NCBI GenBank assembly: GCA_002269645.1
Contig: NIVC01003047.1
Location: forward strand, 1 to 64,000
DNA from: Macrostomum lignano
Lineage: Eukaryota
DNA length: 64,000 nt
Direction: 5' to 3'
This document shows positions 48,301 to 61,400 of the stretch, in pieces. The notes below the pieces were generated by a model. That model was not told where the DNA came from, made no database searches, and was given only the letters and a program-made list of their open reading frames with translations. Every line of letters starts with the position of its first letter. Position 1 is the first letter of the stretch. The position numbers were made by a program, and so were the translations under genes.

Positions 48301-51300
48301 ATCAGTCATGCGGCGGGGTCCATTCAATCTGCTGAGCCCGCCGCTTAACCTGCTGCACCAGCAGCTCTGGCTGGTGGCCAAGTTCTTTGTTGATGAGTCG
48401 CAGTGTGAGTTGGTCGCAGTCTGATAATTATTGATTCAATAATTTTATAGCGTGTAACATAACAGCAGGTGTGGGGGTAACTGACTCGGCAATAAAACTT
48501 GCACACACAGACGACCGAAAGCTGGAGTACGGCCTGACCGTCAGCGTCAACTTGACAAGAGGCCGCGGCGCCAGGTGCGGCAGCTTCTTCAGCGGGCCGC
48601 ACAGCCGGATGAGGCGGCTGCGGTGCGACCGCAGGGTGAGGAGTGGATGCTGGGCTATGTGCTGTACTTTATGCTGTAGGTGTGCTGTAGTTTATGCTGT
48701 AGGTGTGCTGTAGTTTATGCTGTAGTTGTGCTGTAGGTGTGCTGTAGTTTATGCTGTAGGTGTGCTGTAGTTTATGCTGTAGGTATGCTGTAGTTTATGC
48801 TGTAGGTGTGCTGTAGTTTTATGCTGTAGGTGTGCTGTATTTATGCTGTAGGTGTGCTGTAGTTTATGCTGTAGGTGTGCTGTAGTTTATGCTGTAGTTT
48901 ATGCTGTAGTTGTGCTGTAGGTGTGCTGTAGTTTATGCTGTAGTTGTGCTGTAGGTGTGCTGTAGTTTATGCTGTAGGTGTGCTGTAGTTTTATGCTGTA
49001 GGTGTGCTGTAGTTTATGCTGTAATTTATACTGTAGTTGTGCTGTAGTTGTGCTGTATTTATGCTGTAGGTGTGCTGTAGTTTATGCTGTAGGTGTGCTG
49101 TAGTTTATGCTGTAGGTGTGCTGTAGTTTATGCTGTAGTTTATGCTGTAGTTTATGCTGTAGTTGTGCTGTAGGTGTGCTGTAGTTTATGCTGTAGTTTA
49201 TGCTGTAAGTTTAGTTGTGATGTAGGTGTGCTGTAGTTTATGCTGTAGGTGTGCTGTAGTTTATGCTGTAGGTGTGCTGTAGTTTATGCTGTAGGTGTGC
49301 TGTAGTTTATGCTGTAGGTGTGCTGTAGTTTATGCTGTAATTTATACTGTAGTTGTGCTGTAGTTGTGCTGTTTTTATGCTGTAGGTGTGCTGTAGTTTA
49401 TGCTGTAGGTGTGCTGTAGTTTATGCTGTAGTTTATGCTGTAGTTGTGCTGTAGTTGTGCTGTAGGTGTGCTGTAGTTTATGCTGTAGTTGTGCTGTAGG
49501 TGTGCTGTAGTTTATGCTGTAGGTGTGCTGTAGTTTTATGCTGTAGGTGTGCTGTAGTTTATGCTGTAATTTATACTGTAGTTGTGCTGTAGTTGTGCTG
49601 TATTTATGCTGTAGGTGTGCTGTAGTTTATGCTGTAGGTGTGCTGTAGTTGTGCTGTAGTTTTATGCTGTAGGTGTGCTGTAGTTTATGCTGTAGTTTAT
49701 GCTGTAGTTTATGCTGTAGGTGTGCTGTAGGTGTGCTGTAGTTTATGCTGTAGGTATGCTGTAGTTTATGCTGTAGTTGTGCTGTAGGTGTGCTGTAGTT
49801 GTGCTGTAGGTGTGCTGTAGTTTATGCTGTAGGTGTGCTGTAGTTTATGCTGTAGGTGTGCTGTAGTTTATGCTGTAGGTGTGCTGTAGTTTTATGCTGT
49901 AGGTGTGCTGTAGTTTATGCTGTAATTTATACTGTAGTTGTGCTGTAGTTGTGCTGTATTTATGCTGTAGGTGTACTGTAGTTTATGCTGTAGGTGTGCT
50001 GTAGTTTATGCTGTAGTTTATGCTGTAGGTGTGCTGTAGGTGTGCTGTAGTTTATGCTGTAGGTATGCTGTAGGTGTGCTGTAGTTTATGCTGTAGGTGT
50101 GCTGTAGTTTATGCTGTAGGTGTGCTGTAGTTTATGCTGTAGGTGTGCTGTAGTTTATGCTGTAGGTGTGCTGTAGTTTTATGCTGTAGTTGTGCTGTAG
50201 TTTTATGCTGTAGGTGTGCTGTAGTTTATGCTGTAGGTGTGCTGTAGTTTTTTTTGCTGTAGGTGTGCTGTAGTTTATGCTGTAGTTTATGCTGTAGGTG
50301 TGCTGTATAAAACTAAGTGATAGGCCTAGGACTGCAGCAATATTTCCCATATCTCTCGCGCAGGCCTGCTCCCAGATGACCCTGTTCCACCTGAGCTACA
50401 TCAACTGCAGCCGATACTCGGTGCAGGTGGGCTTCTCAGGCCTGGAGAATGTGTCCGGCGAGATGCTGTCGGTGCGCGATGTGCAGTTCGGCTTCGTCAC
50501 CTACAGTCCGGCCTTCACGCAGGAGGAGATCTGGCTGAGATTCCTCCTCCTGCTCGCCTCCTTCGTGGCCGTGGTGAGTTCAGTCTCCCCTCTGTTCTCT
50601 CATCCACCATCTGTCCTCTCACCCCTCCGTCTCTTCTCTCACCCCACCATCTCTTCTCTCACCCCACCATCTGTTCTCTCACCCCACCATCTCTTCTCTC
50701 CCCCTCCATCTGTTCTCTCGCCCACCATCTGTTCTCTCATCCACCATCTGTCCTCTCACCCCTCCGTCTCTTCTCTCACCCCACCATCTCTTCTCTCACC
50801 CTCCATCTGTTCTCTCACCCCATCTGGTCTGTCACCCCATCTGTTCTCTCGCCCACCATCTGTTCTCTCACCCCACCATCTGTTCTCTCCCCCTCCGTCT
50901 CTTCTCTCACCCCACCATCTCTTCTCTCACCCCACCATCTCTTCTCTCACCCCATCTGTTCTCTCACCCCATCTGTTCTCTCGCCCACCATCTGTTCTCT
51001 CACCCCACCATCTCTTCTCCCCCCTCCATCTGTTCTCTCACCCCATCTGTTCTCTCACTCTCCATCTCTTCTCTCACCCACCATCTCTTCTCTCACCCCA
51101 CCATCTGATCTCTCACCCCACCATCTCTTCTCTCACCCCAACATCTGATCTCTCACCCCACCATCTCTTCTCTCACCCCACCATCTCTTCTCTCACCCTC
51201 CATCTGTTCTCTCACCCCATCTGGTCTGTCACCCCATCTGTTCTCTCGCCCACCATCTGTTCTCTCACCCCACCATCTGTTCTCTCCCCTCCGTCTCTTC

Positions 51301-54300
51301 TCTCACCCCACCATCTCTTCTCTCACCCCACCATCTCTTCTCTCACCCCATCTGTTCTCTCACCCCATCTGTTCTCTCGCCCACCATCTGTTCTCTCACC
51401 CCACCATCTGTTCTCTCCCCCTCCATCTGTTCTCTCACCCCATCTGTTCTCTCACTCTCCATCTCTTCTCTCACCCACCATCTCTTCTCTCACCCCACCA
51501 TCTGATCTCTCACCCCACCATCTCTTCTCTCACCCCAACATCTGATCTCTCACCCCACCATCTCTTCTCTCACCCCAACATCTCTTCTCTCACCCCACCA
51601 TCTCTTCTCTCACCCCACCATCTGTTCTCTCACCCACCATCTCTTCTCTCACCCAACCATCTGTTCTCTCACCCACCATCTCTTCTCTCACCCAACCATC
51701 TCTTCTCTCACCCCCACCATCTGTTCTCTCGCCCCACCATCTGTTCTCTCACCCCACCATCTCTTCTCTCACCTCTCCATCTCTTCTCTCATCCTTCCAT
51801 CTCTTCTCTCACCCACCATCTCTTCTCTCACCCCTTTCTTCCACCTCCCCTCTATCTCATCTTTCATCCCACCAAGCAAAAGCTCCCGCCCCCGCACCGC
51901 CACCAGTGCCTGTTCATGCACTCGCTGAGGAGATTTCTGTTGCGCGACTGGAGCATCGAGCAGCGCTGGATGGCCCTCCTGCTGCCCCTGCTGCTGCTGT
52001 ACAACGGTAAGCCGCCTTTATTTTTTAAAGTCTCAATTGCCTATTATAAGTAGCCTAGGCTGAATTGCTTGCGGTATTGCAGATCCGCTGCTGCCGCTAA
52101 CGTTTTTGGTGAATCACTGGCTGCCGAGCATGCTGGACACCGTGTTCCAGGCCACCTTCCTGTGCGCCCTGCTCATGTTCTGGCTGTGCATCTATCACAG
52201 CGTGCGCGAGGTGAGGGCGCTTGTGATCGGCTGTTTGTGGGGTCATGCTCTATATGTACACTTAGCAGGATCATTTTCAAGTATGTATGCTAGCTGGGTG
52301 ATGTTCAAAGTATGTACACTAGCTGAGTCATGTTCAAGTATGTATGTACTACCAGGATCATGTTCAAGTATGTACATGTGCTAGCAGGATCATGTTCAAT
52401 TATGTACATGTGTTAGCAGAATCATGTTAAATCATGTAAATGTGTTAGCATGATCATGTTCAATAATGTACATGTGTTAGCAGGATCATGTTCAATTATG
52501 TACTAGCAGGATCATGTTTAAGTATGTAAATGTGTTAGCAGGATCATGTTCAATTATGTACTAGCAGGATCATGTTTAAGTATGTAAATGTGTTAGCAGG
52601 ATCATGTTCAAGTATGTACATGTGCTAGCAGGATCATGTTTAAGTATGTAAATGTGTTAGCAGGATCATGTTCAAGTATGTACATGTGCTAGCAGGATCA
52701 TGTTCAAGTATTGTAGGATTTGTAGGTACATCTGCAAGCAAAATCATACTCAGGCAGACATAACTAGCATATTAGCGGAATCCTCTTTAAGCATGCACTA
52801 TTAGTACCGTGTTCGATTGCTCCAACTTACCTACGAGTACTTAAGTAGCATAATTGCGATGTTTAGAACGAGCGGCACTTCTGCCGGTTTTACCTGCCCA
52901 AGCTGGTTATTGTGGCCGCGATGTGGCTCTTTGCTCTGGTCATCTCGGGCTGGCAGACCGCTCACGAACTGCGGGATCCGACCTATTTTTATCGACTGGA
53001 CACCGGCAATTTTATGGTGAGAACCGGGCAGGCATGGGTCTAGCAATCCTCGGATTTTGACGCTTCCATTTTGTCACCCTAAATTCGCAGGCGCTTAAAG
53101 TGACTTTTCTGACCATTTGCGGACTTTACGTGCTTTACCTGGTCTACTTGGTGGTTCGGGCGTTTGCCGAGCTGAGATCTATGCCCTACTTTGGTGAGCT
53201 TTCAACCTGCAGATTTTATTTTCGATACATATCGGCTCCGAGGTTATTTTTGTATTTTCTGTGCATATCGGCTTCTAGCCTACTTTGTATTTTCTATACA
53301 TATCGGCTCCGAGGCTATTTTTTAATTTTCTATACATATCCGCTCCGAGGCTATTTTGTATTTTCGATACATATCGGCTCCGAGGACATTTTGTATTTTC
53401 GATACATATCGGCTCCGAGGCTATTTTTATTTTCTATGCATATCGGTTCCAAGGCTATTTTGTATTTTCTATACATATCGGCTGCCGTAATTTTATTTAA
53501 ATCCTTTTGATGCATATCGGTTGAGATGCTACTGTTTTTGATACATATCACTTTCTCCTTCCTTCGAACGCTCAGATCTTCGCCTGAAGTTTAGCACCTT
53601 CCTGATGCTGATAGTCATCGGGGTGACCATTGCCATTGCCGCCATGCGCTGGGGCTCCGGCGTGTTGGATGACAGCTTCGTCGCCGAGGTGTCCGCCCGC
53701 TACGACAATTCGGCTGAGTTCGTGTCATTCTACTGCCTGCTCAATTTCTACCTGTTCGCCATGGCCTTCGTGTACAGCCCGAGTAGGAACGCTGCTCACG
53801 GTGAGGCATATGGCTGGCTACTTAAAATCAGAATTTTTTAATACTACTGATCAGTGTCAGTAGTCAGTAGTATCATTGGCACATTCACCGAATTTCTTTA
53901 CAGAAACTCAATTCAAAGACGATCCCGGGGTCAGCATGGTCACTGATAGCGATGAGGATGCGGTGTACGAGTGAGTCGCTTTTAATTCTGGCAATTTCTG
54001 CAGCCTCTTTGACCTGCTCTGTCATGCACAGCTTTTTTGGAAAATCTGTTTGAAACTGTACTATCGCTTCCAATAAAATATGAGCATTCTCTTGCTCCCT
54101 GTCTTATTCAGTGTCTCACTCACTGCCTTCACCCACTGCTTCACTCACTCACTGCCTCACTCACTGCCTCACTCACTGCCTCACTCACTGCCTCACTCAC
54201 TGTCTCACTCACTGCCTCACCCACTGCTTCACTCACTGCCTCACTCCCTGCCTCACCCACTGCTTCACTCACTCACTGCCTCACTCACTGCCTCACTCAC

Positions 54301-54849
54301 TGCCTCACCCACTACCTCACCCACTGCTTCACTCACTCACTGCCTCACTCACTGCCTCACCCACTGCCTCACCCACTGCCTCACTCGCGCACCCCACAGT
54401 CTAAGCGTGGGCATCCTGCGCCCCAACCGGCAGAGGCGGTCCGCCTCAGCGCTGCTCATGTGGGTATCGCAGCTGCGGAGCTGCATTTACAAGAATAAAA
54501 TCAATTTTCTATTAGCCTCACTTAATGTTCTCAACACTTTTCCACAGTGATTTGGTTTTCGGATAATCTTAAAAAAGTTGCGAAAGAAAACTTAAATTTG
54601 CACCCCTGATTCTTGTGTTGTGATTGCTAATGACCTTTGTCTACTATCATTATTAGCTAAACAGCCGTCGCTCTGAAAGGAGCTTTGACTCCTCCTGATT
54701 GCGTTCCTGATAAATTAGTTATTAATTCACTTTGATTTTCATTTTCGCTCACTCTGTTCGTCACTTCATCAACCTGCAGGTCTGACGTCACCGAGAATTC
54801 CTTCATGCTGAAGCCGGGAGGCAGAGCGGCTGGCCTGGGCGCGCGCTAA
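45391..54849 (+). CDS. TMEM181: Transmembrane protein 181 (GPR178), 482 aa
   Basis: Exons 45391-45392 (AT of a split start codon, tentative), 48136-48404, 48511-48635, 50364-50573, 51907-52006, 52083-52210, 52867-53016, 53091-53193, 53576-53800, 53904-53970, 54780-54849. Signature MRLYTLSKR.FVLVF, DW.IEQ.WM..LLPLLLLYNDP, FYLPK..IV, DLRLKF, NSAEF.SFY.LLNFY, AFVYSPS.NA. Confidence 0.95.
48655..50306. repeat. Intronic minisatellite of 9/11/12-bp subunits (GTGTGCTGTAG, TTTATGCTGTAG)
   Basis: Read directly; fills almost the whole intron 48636-50363. Confidence 0.95.
50585..51835. repeat. Intronic pyrimidine-rich minisatellite (~20 bp, CTCACCCCACCATCTCTTCT)
   Basis: Read directly. Confidence 0.95.
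52255..52712. repeat. Intronic minisatellite (~32 bp, TAGCAGGATCATGTTCAAGTATGTACATGTGY)
   Basis: Read directly. Confidence 0.9.
53222..53480. repeat. Intronic minisatellite (~35 bp, TATCGGCTCCGAGGCTATTTTGTATTTTCGATACA)
   Basis: Read directly. Confidence 0.85.
54110..54385. repeat. Intronic 12-bp repeat (CTCACTCACTGC)
   Basis: Read directly. Confidence 0.9.
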
Positions 54850-54879
54850 GGCGGGCAATGGATCTCCGGGTCTCTCAGT

Positions 54880-55432
54880 CACTGTCTCTAAGTCCCTCAT
54901 CCACTGTCCCCAAGTCCCTCATCCACTGTCCCCAAGTCCCTCACCCACTGTCCCCAAGTTCCTCACCCACTGTCCCCAAGTCCCTCACCCACTGTCCCCA
55001 AGTCCCTCACCCACTGTCCCCAAGTTCCTCACCCACTGTCTCCAAGTCCTTTACCCACTGTCCCCAAGTCCCTCACCCACTGTCTCCAAGTCCCTCACCC
55101 ACTGTCCCTAAGTCCCTCACCCACTGTCCCCAAGTCCCTAACCCAGTGTCCCCAAGTCCCTCACCCACTGTCCCCAAGTCCCTCACCCACTGTCCCCAAG
55201 TCCCTCACCTATTGTCCCCAAGTCCCTTACCCACTGTCCTTAAGTCCCTAACCCAGTGTCTCCAAGTCCCTTACCCACTGTCCTTAAGTCCCTCACCCAC
55301 TGTCCTTAAGTCCCTCACCCACTGTCCTTAAGTCCCTCACCCACTGTCCCCAAGTCCCTCACCCACTGTCTCCAAATTCCTCATTCTGTCCCCAAGTCCC
55401 CACCCACTGTCCTTAAGTCCCTCACCCTGTCC
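54880..55432. repeat. 22-bp minisatellite just 3' of the TMEM181 stop (CCCACTGTCCCCAAGTCCCTCA)
   Basis: Period 22 measured from 54901. Confidence 0.9.
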
Positions 55433-56067
55433 CCAATCAACCTACATAAAAAGTCAATAACAACAGTTTTTAATTTAATTTTCATATTTTATGCATGCAC
55501 AATATCGTTGTGCCCAAAACTGAGTATTTAAAAGGAAAAGTAAATTTTTTGAGTCACAGTCATTTGTGTCGTTTTTGACTTCCCAAGTTGCCCTTGTCAG
55601 TTTAAGCTTGTTGTCCATTTCCATGCGCAAATATTTGTATTAATAAGTGCTTCCCATTTTTATCTCGTTGGTCTCGGCTTCTCTGGTCACGTGACCTGGT
55701 GATGGAGATATTTTTTCTAATCCGGGCTCCGAGTTCTGTTGTCTACGCCAGCTCTGCCCAAGCCTTGTGTGATGCCGTTTGTTTGTACAGACTTCCCAAA
55801 CATTTTTTCATTTTTTTGCCGTGTTCTTGAGGAGCCGGCTCTTCCCGTGCTCTGACAATATTTTTTTCCGCACGCGGTTTGTTGCTTCCAAACTTTACTT
55901 ATAAGCAGTTTATTAAAGTGCACCTTTTGGTTGGTTTTTGACAATTTTTGTTTATTTTTATTCTGTGCAACCCGTTCACTGGGGCTTCCTGCATTCAGAG
56001 CTGTGTACGTCTGACCGCTGCTTTTGAGCTGCCTGCATCCGCCTCTGACTGCTCTTGTGATCTGGCG

Positions 56068-56700
56068 TCTCCCTCTCACTCTCCCCCTCTCCCTCTCACT
56101 CTCCCCCTCTCCCTCTCCCTCTCACTCTCCCCCTCTCCCTCTCACTCTCCCCCTCTCACTCTCACTCTCATCCTCTCCCTCCCCCTCTCACTCTCCCCCC
56201 TCCCTCTCACTCTCCCCTCTCCCTCTCACTCTCCCCTCTCCCTCTCTCTCTCACTCTCCCCCTCTCCCCTCACTCTCTCTCTCTTCCTCTCCCTCCCCCT
56301 CTCACTCTCCCCCCCTCCCTCTCACTCTCCCCCTCTCCCTCTCACTCTCCCCTCTCCCTCTCCCTCTCACTCTCCCCCTCTCCCTCTCACTCTCCCCCTC
56401 TCACTCTCTCTCATCCTCTCCCTCCCCCTCTCACTCTCCCCCCCTCCCTCTCACTCTCCCCCTCCCTCTCACTCTCCCCCTCTCCCTCTCTCTCTCACTC
56501 TCCCCCTCTCCCCTCACTCTCTCTCTCTCTTCCTCTCCCTCCCCCTCTCACTCTCCCCCCTCCCTCTCACTCTCCCCCTCTCCCTCTCACTCTCCCCCCT
56601 CCCTCTCACTCTCCCCCTCCCTCTCCCTCTCACTCTCCCCTCCCTCTCCCTCTCCCTTTCCATCTTCCTCTCTCCCTCTCCCTCTCTCCCTCAATCTCCT
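56068..56700. repeat. CT-rich minisatellite (~20 bp, CTCCCCCTCTCCCTCTCACT)
   Basis: Read directly. Confidence 0.9.
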
Positions 56701-57524
56701 TCTCTAGAGAGCTCACGTATTTATTTCTCTCCGACTCTCCCTTCCTCAGTTTCTGCTCCCCTTCTCGTTTACTTCCCATTACCAATGACTGTTCGTGTCT
56801 CCATTCCTTCATCGCTGCAGCAGCCCAGATTAAACGGAATACTGACATGCCGCAGATCCGGCCATAAAATCTTCCAATGACCGTTTTTTCGCACTATCCT
56901 TATTCGGTAAAGTTTTGTGATCCCTTCTGTCCCCCACCCCGCCTCTATGCACTGCTGACGCTGAACTTCTGGCTTGAGCACCTGCTCAAATATAATGAAA
57001 TTCGGCCCAGGCTGTGGTGTAACAACAGCAGATCTGTTAAAATGTTCTTTTTTTGAAATGAGCAAAACTAACCCTTTGAATTTGTATTTACAAACGCATT
57101 CCTATTGTTTTAACTGTGTTTTAATCAGAATTTAAGCAAGATCCCAGACTAAGCCGCTGCCGTGATGAGGGCTTCAGGCGCTTCAAGGACCCTGAGCTCG
57201 CGCACACGCTCAAATCTGATTAAATATCGCTCGATTTCTACAAAGTCAAGGAAGCGAAACTTTAAAGTTCACGTCAAGTTAAATTTCTACCACTTTAACT
57301 TGTCTTACTTTTAGAGCTATTAGATTTGAGAACTTGAAAAGGCGTCTCAAAGGAACAAGATGAGCGCGAAAGTGCAACAGCAAGGAAGCAAGTATAGTTG
57401 AACATGGCAAACAATTGTCTGAAAGTTCACCACATTGACGGTATAAATGTAGCCTCTCTATCCAGCCCTCGGGGTCCTTTGCAACTTTACAATAGCAATC
57501 CGATCCGCTCAAGGTTTGTCTCTT

Positions 57525-57905
57525 CTCAGCTCTCCTCTCTAATCGCGTCTTCTCTTTTCTCTTCTCTCTCCTCTCCTCTCCTCTCCTCTCCTCCCCTCTC
57601 CTTTCTCGCACTTATTTTTTCTCCTTTTTCCTCTCCTCTCCCCTCTCTCCTTTCCTCTCATCTCCTCTCCTTTCCTCTCATCTCCTCTCCTCTCCTTTCC
57701 TCTCCTCTCCTCTCCTCTCCTCTTCTTTCCTCTCCTCTCCTCTCCTTTCCTCTCCTCTCCTCTCCTTTCCTCTCCTCTCCTTTCCTCTCCTTTCCTCTCC
57801 TTTCCTCTCCTTTCCTCTCCTCTCCTTTCCTCTCCTTTCCTCTCCTCTCCTCTCCTCTTCTCTCCTCTCTTTTCTCTCTTTTCTATTTGATTTCCCTCTC
57901 CCCTC
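57525..57905. repeat. (CTCTC/CTTTC)n simple repeat
   Basis: Read directly. Confidence 0.9.
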
Positions 57906-57908
57906 CTC

Positions 57909-57972
57909 AGGCCCGCAGTCATGCTTTAGGTTCTCTATCTGGTCCTGGAGGCAAAAAGTTTGCTCACCCCTG
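57909..57972 (-). mobile_element. Terminal fragment of a hAT/Charlie-type non-autonomous DNA transposon
   Basis: Minus strand CAGGGGTGAGCAAACTTTTTG...GGACCAGATAG...GCGGGCC resembles the conserved left end of Charlie-family elements as I recall it; the other end was not found. Confidence 0.5.
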
Positions 57973-58484
57973 ATGTAGATAGTCACTCCTGTGGAATAAT
58001 AACAATATTTTTCTCTTCATTTGCTACAATCTTTAGTGTATCTTCTTGGATGGTCTTGGATCGGTTTAAGGGCAAGAAATGCTTTGGTTTCTCCTTGCAA
58101 AACTACGTTCTTTAGTTCCTTTATTTGCCTAGTCACTTAGCGTATCAGTTTTTTATTTGATTAAATATCAAAGACAGTCAAAGAATCGTGGACCATTTGC
58201 TAGACTGTTGGACTTTAGCTAGTTGGGCCAAATTAAATGCTGCTGTTGCCAACCTTGCTACCATAGACAAAAGCTGCATTATTTTAATAAACATATTTTC
58301 GATTAAATTCCATTCGTGTAAGCACAATTGTTAGGAAATATTTCTAAATAATAGAAACCCCTTTTGAGTACGTAAAATGGACTTCTATTGAACCATTCGA
58401 TCACAGAAATTCTATTCGATTAAAACAATTGATTAGGTACCATCATCGGTCGTTCCAAAACTATAGTCAATTTTTTTTCAAAAG

Positions 58485-61400
58485 ACATTCGACTGCCAGA
58501 ATTTGCTGTGCGTCATGAACGATGACCAGCCAATGCGGGAGCCCCGAAGTATGCTGCGCGTCTGCTTGTGGGAGGAAGAGCTGCGGGAGCTCGGGGTCAG
58601 TGAGCAGTGCTCCAAACTGCTCGACTTCACCTGCAGGAGCCTCGTTGTGACGCCGTTCCACTTCTCTGAGTCCACCGTCAAGGTAGGGATGAGGTAGGGA
58701 TGGAGTAGGGATGGGGTAGGGATGGAGTATAGGGATGTGGTATAGGGATGGGGTATAGGGATGGGGTATAGGGATGGGGTAGGGACGGGGTAGGGATGGG
58801 GTATAGGGATGTGGTATAGGGATGGGGTATAGGGATGGGGTATAGGGATGGGGTATAGGGATGGGGTATAGGGATGGGGTAGGGATGGGGTAGGGATGGG
58901 TTAGGGATTGAGTAGGGATGGGTTGGGGTAGGGATGGGTTGGGGTAGGGATGGGCCCTGCGGGTTGCGGGTTCCACCATGGGGTTGACTGCTTGCCTTTG
59001 TATGCTTTTAGAAGCCACGAGGCTTCGAAGGCAGCAGTGAGCGATTCCGTGAGCACGGTCGCTAGGTAGTGATGGAGACTGGTATGCTAGTGCTCCAGTG
59101 GGTGTGGTAGCTAAGTGACACTGGTAGCTAAGTGCTTCCCCTGAGCGTCCAGCTTTCCTGGATAAGGATGGTCCCCCTTAGGGTGTTCAGGACAATGTGC
59201 TGCAGGTTAGCCTTGCAAGACAGTCATGTTTGCTGTCTAGGGATCAGCTTCAGCTTCAGCTTCATTGAGCTGAATGAAGAGCAGCTCATTCTCAGCGTCA
59301 TCGGTGAGGGTTGAGCTGTCTTCGTCCATTGGCTCAGGCTCAGCCGCTTTCCCAGCCGCAGAGGCGGACGCTGCGTCTGTGGCAGGTGGTGCACCTGACC
59401 GCTCTGCGCCGCCTTCCTCCTCGGCGACTGGTGTACGGCTGCTGGCCTCGCCTTGCGCCTCGCCGTCGGGAATCTGGACTCTGTCGGCAGCAGTCTCCTT
59501 GGTAGCAGCCCCACCTGTTGAACGATCGAGCTATATCTTCTTCCAGTTCCTTTGGCTGGTGGCATGCCAGCAGGAATACACCCTCATTGAGTTTCCGAGG
59601 ATACGGTGGTTCCTGACGGCCCAGCCGCGTCACCAGACTTATCCCATCGCCTCATCATCTCATTTCCTCATCATCTCATTTCCTCATCATCTCATCGCCT
59701 CATCATCTCATCGCCTCATCATCTCATCGCCTCATCATCTCATCGCCTCATCATCTCATTTCCTCATCATCTCATTTCCTCATCATCTCATTTCCTCATC
59801 ATCTCATCGCCTCATCATCTCATCGCCTCATCATCTCATCGCCTCATCATCTCATCGCCTCATCATCTCATCGCCTCATCATCTCATCGCCTCATCATCT
59901 CATCGCCTCATCATCTCATCGCCTCATCATCTCATTTCCTCATCATCTCATTTCCTCATCATCTCATCGCCTCATCATCTCATCGCCTCATCATCTCATC
60001 GCCTCATCATCTCATTTCCTCATCATCTCATTTCCTCATCATCTCATTTCCTCATCATCTCATTTCCTCATCATCTCATTTCCTCATCATCTCATCGCCT
60101 CATCATCTCATTTCCTCATCATCTCATTTCCTCATCATCTCATTTCCTCATCATCTCATTTCCTCATCATCTCATTTCCTCATCATCTCATTTCCTCATC
60201 ATCTCATTTCCTCATCATCTCATTTCCTCATCATCTCATTTCCTCATCATCTCATTTCCTCATCATCTCATTTCCTCATCATCTCATTTCCTCATCATCT
60301 CATTTCCTCATCATCTCATTTCCTCATCATCTCATTTCCTCATCATCTCATTACCTCATTATCTCATCGCCTCGCTGCATTTCCAACTGCCATTTTTTAA
60401 TCTTCCCAGACACCGGCGGCTCTGGTGCTTCTGATGCTGGCTCTGTCCGTGACCTTCTATCGCAGATTTGTCGGTGACCCCAATGTTGAAAACGACCATC
60501 CAGATGGAGCTAGTGAGAGACTCAGAGTTGCTCAAAGTTTTGCTTAAAATTAGTTTTTTTTATCTGGTTCTTCCTGTACGCTCGTATAGTCTATGAATCG
60601 CATACAGAAAACAGCAAACCTGTAGCCTGTAGATACAGAAAACAGCAAACCTGTAGCCTGTAGATACAGAAAACAGCAAACCTGTAGTCTGTAAATACAG
60701 AAAACAGCAAACCTGTAGCCTGTAGATACAGAAAACAGCAAACCTGTAGCCTGTAGATACAGAAAACAGCAAACCTGTAGCCTGTAGATACAGAAAACAG
60801 CAAACCTGTAGCCTGTAGATACAGAAAACAGCAAACCTGTAGCCTGTAGATACAGAAAACAGCAAACCTGTAGCCTGTAAATACAGTAAACAGCAAACCT
60901 GTAGCCTGTAAATACAGAAAACAGCAAATCTGTAGCCTGTAGATACAGAAAACAGCAAACCTGTAGCCTGTAAATACAGAAAACAGCAAACCTGTAGCCT
61001 GTAAATACAGTAAACAGCAAACCTGTAGCCTGTAAATACAGAAAACAGCAAACCTGTAGCCTGTAGATACAGAAAACAGCAAACCTGTAGCCTGTAGATA
61101 CAGAAAACAGCAAACCTGTAGCCTGTAAATACAGTAAACAGCAAACCTGTAGCCTGTAAATACAGAAAACAGCAAATCTGTAGCCTGTAGATACAGAAAA
61201 CAGCAAACCTGTAGCCTGTAAATACAGAAAACAGCAAACCTGTAGCCTGTAGATACAGTAAACAGCAAACCTGTAGCCTGTAGATACAGTAAACAGCAAA
61301 CCTGTAGCCTGTAGATACAGAAAACAGCAAACCTGTAGCCTGTAGATACAGTAAACAGCAAACCTGTAGCCTGTAAATACAGAAAACAGCAAGCCTGTAG

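Noticed and set aside
56769-57520. Possible exons (minus ORFs 56769-57065 and 57279-57611; plus ATG at ~57404)
   Set aside because: Both strands give equally protein-like reads, no family motif, and no consistent phase link to neighbouring exons.
59241-59303. Plus-strand exon ISFSFSFIELNEEQLILSVI of the unknown gene
   Set aside because: Splice sites and phases fit, but it is the codon-aligned antisense shadow of the longer minus-strand frame, so it cannot be supported without RNA data.
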